Origin: Lama guanicoe
Lineage: Eukaryota
Assembly (NCBI GenBank): GCA_013239625.1
Contig: MU053379.1
Span: forward strand, 2,772,866-2,836,865
Direction: 5' to 3'
Length of the DNA: 64,000 nt
This document shows positions 61,101 through 64,000 of this stretch, one piece after another (position 1 is the stretch's first letter; each line of letters starts with the position of its first letter). The translations under genes were made by a program, and so were the position numbers. Under the pieces are notes generated by a model that did not search any database, had not been told where the DNA came from, and saw only the letters and a program-made list of their open reading frames with translations.

Positions 61101-64000
61101 CTCAGTTTTCATCACAGTGTCTCGGACACAGCCTGCAGCTGTGGACCACGTGCACGCGGGGTGGAGGGGAGAAGACAGGGTGGAGCAGAGATGCACGGGG
61201 ACGGGGGGGTGCCCGTGACTGGGTGTCTGAGAAAGACCCTGGAGAACCGAGCTTCAGGCCTTTCGCAGGTCAGGCAGCGAGGAAGGAGGTGTATGAAATG
61301 AAATTTGCACAATGAAAGCAAAAAGCAAAGCAAATGTCAATAGTACAGTTAGCCTCCCCAGACAGGTCACAGCCCCGCACCGCGGCCTCGGGCGCGGGGC
61401 CCGAGGAGCACCAGTGGCTCCCGTCAGCGACGCTCTGGGGAAGCCGCTGCGTTGAGATGGACGGTCAGCAACGGGGCCCGGGTGCTGAAAGCAGCAAGTT
61501 CACAGCCAGGGCAGACGGGAGAGGGCAGGAGCCTCTCAGACCCAAGTGGAGATGCTGCCAGCCCGCCGTGGGTCCCGTCGGGCTCTTTCAGCTCCACCCA
61601 GAGACCGCCGCCGGCAAGTCACAGGCACCCCACACCGAGCAGAGACGTTTTAGGCTCAAAGCTCTGAAGAGGAGACAAGGCAGGGAAGGCCACCCCCCTT
61701 CCGATGGGGTGACGGGCCACTCTTTTTAAAGCGCTGTGCCGTTGTCTTTGGTCTCTCTGAGGTAGTCCTGCATTTGCATTCCTTCTAGAGACGGGCACTC
61801 CCAGTGAACTTAGGAACAATGACACGAGTTACTCTCCCACGTGCTACCCCCAGCCCTGAAATCCCACAGGAGTCCCAGAGCGGTGGCTCCTTCGCAGGAT
61901 CCGTTCTTCGCCTACAGGCTCAGAATGCGCCCCAGCCCCTGAGGCTCACCTGATCCCTGGGGGCAGTGGAAGGCGGTGGCCTCCAGCACACAGTGCTTTC
62001 AGAACCCTTCAGACAGACCCCACAAGGGGACCCCAGAGCTACCGAGACCCCAGATGCCTTCCTGTCCCACGCACTCAATTCAGGCCTTGACAAACAGGAT
62101 TCAGACAAGTTTTCTGAAAAGAGCTCAGTGTATTTGTAAATACCATCCCTCCTAAGCCAAGTGAAGTTAAGAAGATGGATCTCTCCTTGCTCGAAGCCGC
62201 TACTCACCTACACCCTCCTCTAGTGCAGTTCCCACCAGGAAGGAAGGGCAAGCCGCCGGCGGACGGCGAAGGGGCCCTTCAGTGCTGCAGCAATAAAGGA
62301 GTAACCAGGCCCGGCGTCCCCGCCAGGCAGCCGGGGCCAGGCCCGTCCGGGGCCCAGAGGCACAGAAGCAGCAGCAGGGTCGCGGAGGGCAGGCAGGAGA
62401 CGAGGGCTGGCTCTCAGAGGTTGCCAAGGGCTGACGCTGCTGACTGCTGCCATGAAACTGGAGGCGGGAAAGTCATCTGAAGAGAAGGAAAATGGCCCTG
62501 GCAGGACCACCGAGCCTGCGAGAGGAGACGTGCTGGACTCAGGGATGCGGGAGGCCGGGAGCAGAGGCACCATCCTGATGGCCGGCCTCACCTCCATCCT
62601 GCCTCCAGCCCGCGGCCTCCGAGCCCGCGCAACAGCCAGGGCTGGGCAGCGCCCCGCGCCCGCTGGACTCTCGGCTTGGGGACGACTGGTAGGAGGCTGG
62701 GAGGCCCCATGCTGCATGCGGGGCCTCGGCAAGGTCCTGCCCTCCTGGAGACCATGGCATCCTCCGTAAAATGGGCCTGTCACAGAGCCCACCCATTAAA
62801 ACACATGAGATAAATGAGACGTATAGTGAAACGTTAGCTAAACAACCGCTGTTCTCGAACAACTAAACTCATATGTGTTTCCTCTGCCTTTGCAGGGCAC
62901 TTAACGTAGTGGGGCTGGAAAAACACATCCTTTGGGAACCAAAGGCATGATGTGGGGCCCTTTTCTGCCGGAAAAGCCCCAAGGTGTGGGGAGGAGGTGG
63001 GGGTTACTTTCTGGAGCCAGTGTCTGCAACAGCCCCTCTGCCCTGAAAACCCTGCCTCTTGGATTTAGCGCTCCTTTTCAGTGATTCGGGGTCCGAGGCC
63101 AGGACGCGGGACCCGGCCTGGTTGCAGCCCCCTCCCAACTTACACTAAGAGGATCGCCTGCCACTGGATTGAGAAAACTGGAAACATTTTTCTCATTTCT
63201 GTTTTCTAACCATGGAACTGACCTGAGGGGGGGGTGGGGGATTAACCGACAGAAAGGCTGCAGGCCACAGTGAGAGCCCCCCTGAATCAACAGTCGGATG
63301 CACAGCTTCAGAGCAATACAACACAGGTAATTGAATTTCATGAAAGGAGCTTTCCAGAGCTGGTTGTTTTTCCCTCCCAGCCTATTGAAACGTACACACC
63401 ACGAGGACAAAGTACAAGGTACCGTTCGGAGGTAATTTCACTTCCGCACATATTTAATGTGCTTCTGGGGAAGAAACATTTCATGGTTCCTCTGCTCAGC
63501 AAACGAAATAAATCAACGTGTTAAGAGAGAGTGATTTTTTTTCCTTGCTGTTTGAGGGGAGGGCCCTTTACTTTCCTATTAACGTGAACTTAATGAACCG
63601 TTTCACATTCAAACCCCCTTAGAAAGGCCGTGATGCCTATTTCTTAATTAAATTTTTTTAAGTCAGATAATGCTAACGTTCTTTTATCCCTCCACACGGG
63701 GAGCCGGGCTTCCAGGAAATTACCGAGAACAAACAGCAACAGAGTGAGGACTTCCAGTGCGTTACACATAGCTGTTTGTGGGGCCTTATACAGGAAGACA
63801 GAGAGAGAAAAATGGCCTGGCCCAGCGTTTTACTACGTGTAATCAGAGAACCCGGCATTTGGGGTTGCCATGGAATTCAGGCCTAAACAAAGTTGATCCT
63901 TTGGGGACAACTTCGTGTGACGCGTGATGCTTCTAAACAGCCAGCCAGCATCATCAAGCCAACACGCCTCAAAGCAAGGCAGCGGCCGCTCCCCCACCTC

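Noticed and set aside
6700..64000. The remaining short ORFs in the supplied track
   Set aside because: Bacterial-style ORF calls, many with GTG/TTG starts, in GC-rich intergenic or intronic DNA; none resembles a known protein apart from the L1 and RALGAPA2 pieces listed.

Overview
Mammalian (very likely camelid) genomic DNA, not prokaryotic. It contains the intronless neuroendocrine zinc-finger gene INSM1 on the + strand (ATG 3538, stop 4961, interrupted by a 314-N assembly gap) within a CpG island. Converging on it from the - strand is the 3' end of RALGAPA2: a 122-nt coding exon (44804-44925), a 40-nt stop-codon exon (30094-30133) and a probable terminal UTR exon (about 24150-25923). The rest is intergenic or intronic, with L1, tRNA-derived vic-1-like SINEs, L2, MIR, MLT1 and MER elements and several AT-rich, motif-dense candidate enhancer blocks. 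I see no evidence for a new multi-gene system. The best leads are: a TSD-flanked L1 with both ends but about 2.8 kb of ORF2 missing (possible non-autonomous family); a strong-Kozak 5-codon uORF in the INSM1 leader; a Tyr-to-Cys change at INSM1 zinc finger 3; a RALGAPA2 stop micro-exon whose skipping would give a 40-aa alternative C-terminus; and a near-identical 281/285-bp tandem duplication that may be an assembly artefact. Repeat family names and human comparisons are from recalled consensus/orthologue sequences, not from searches.
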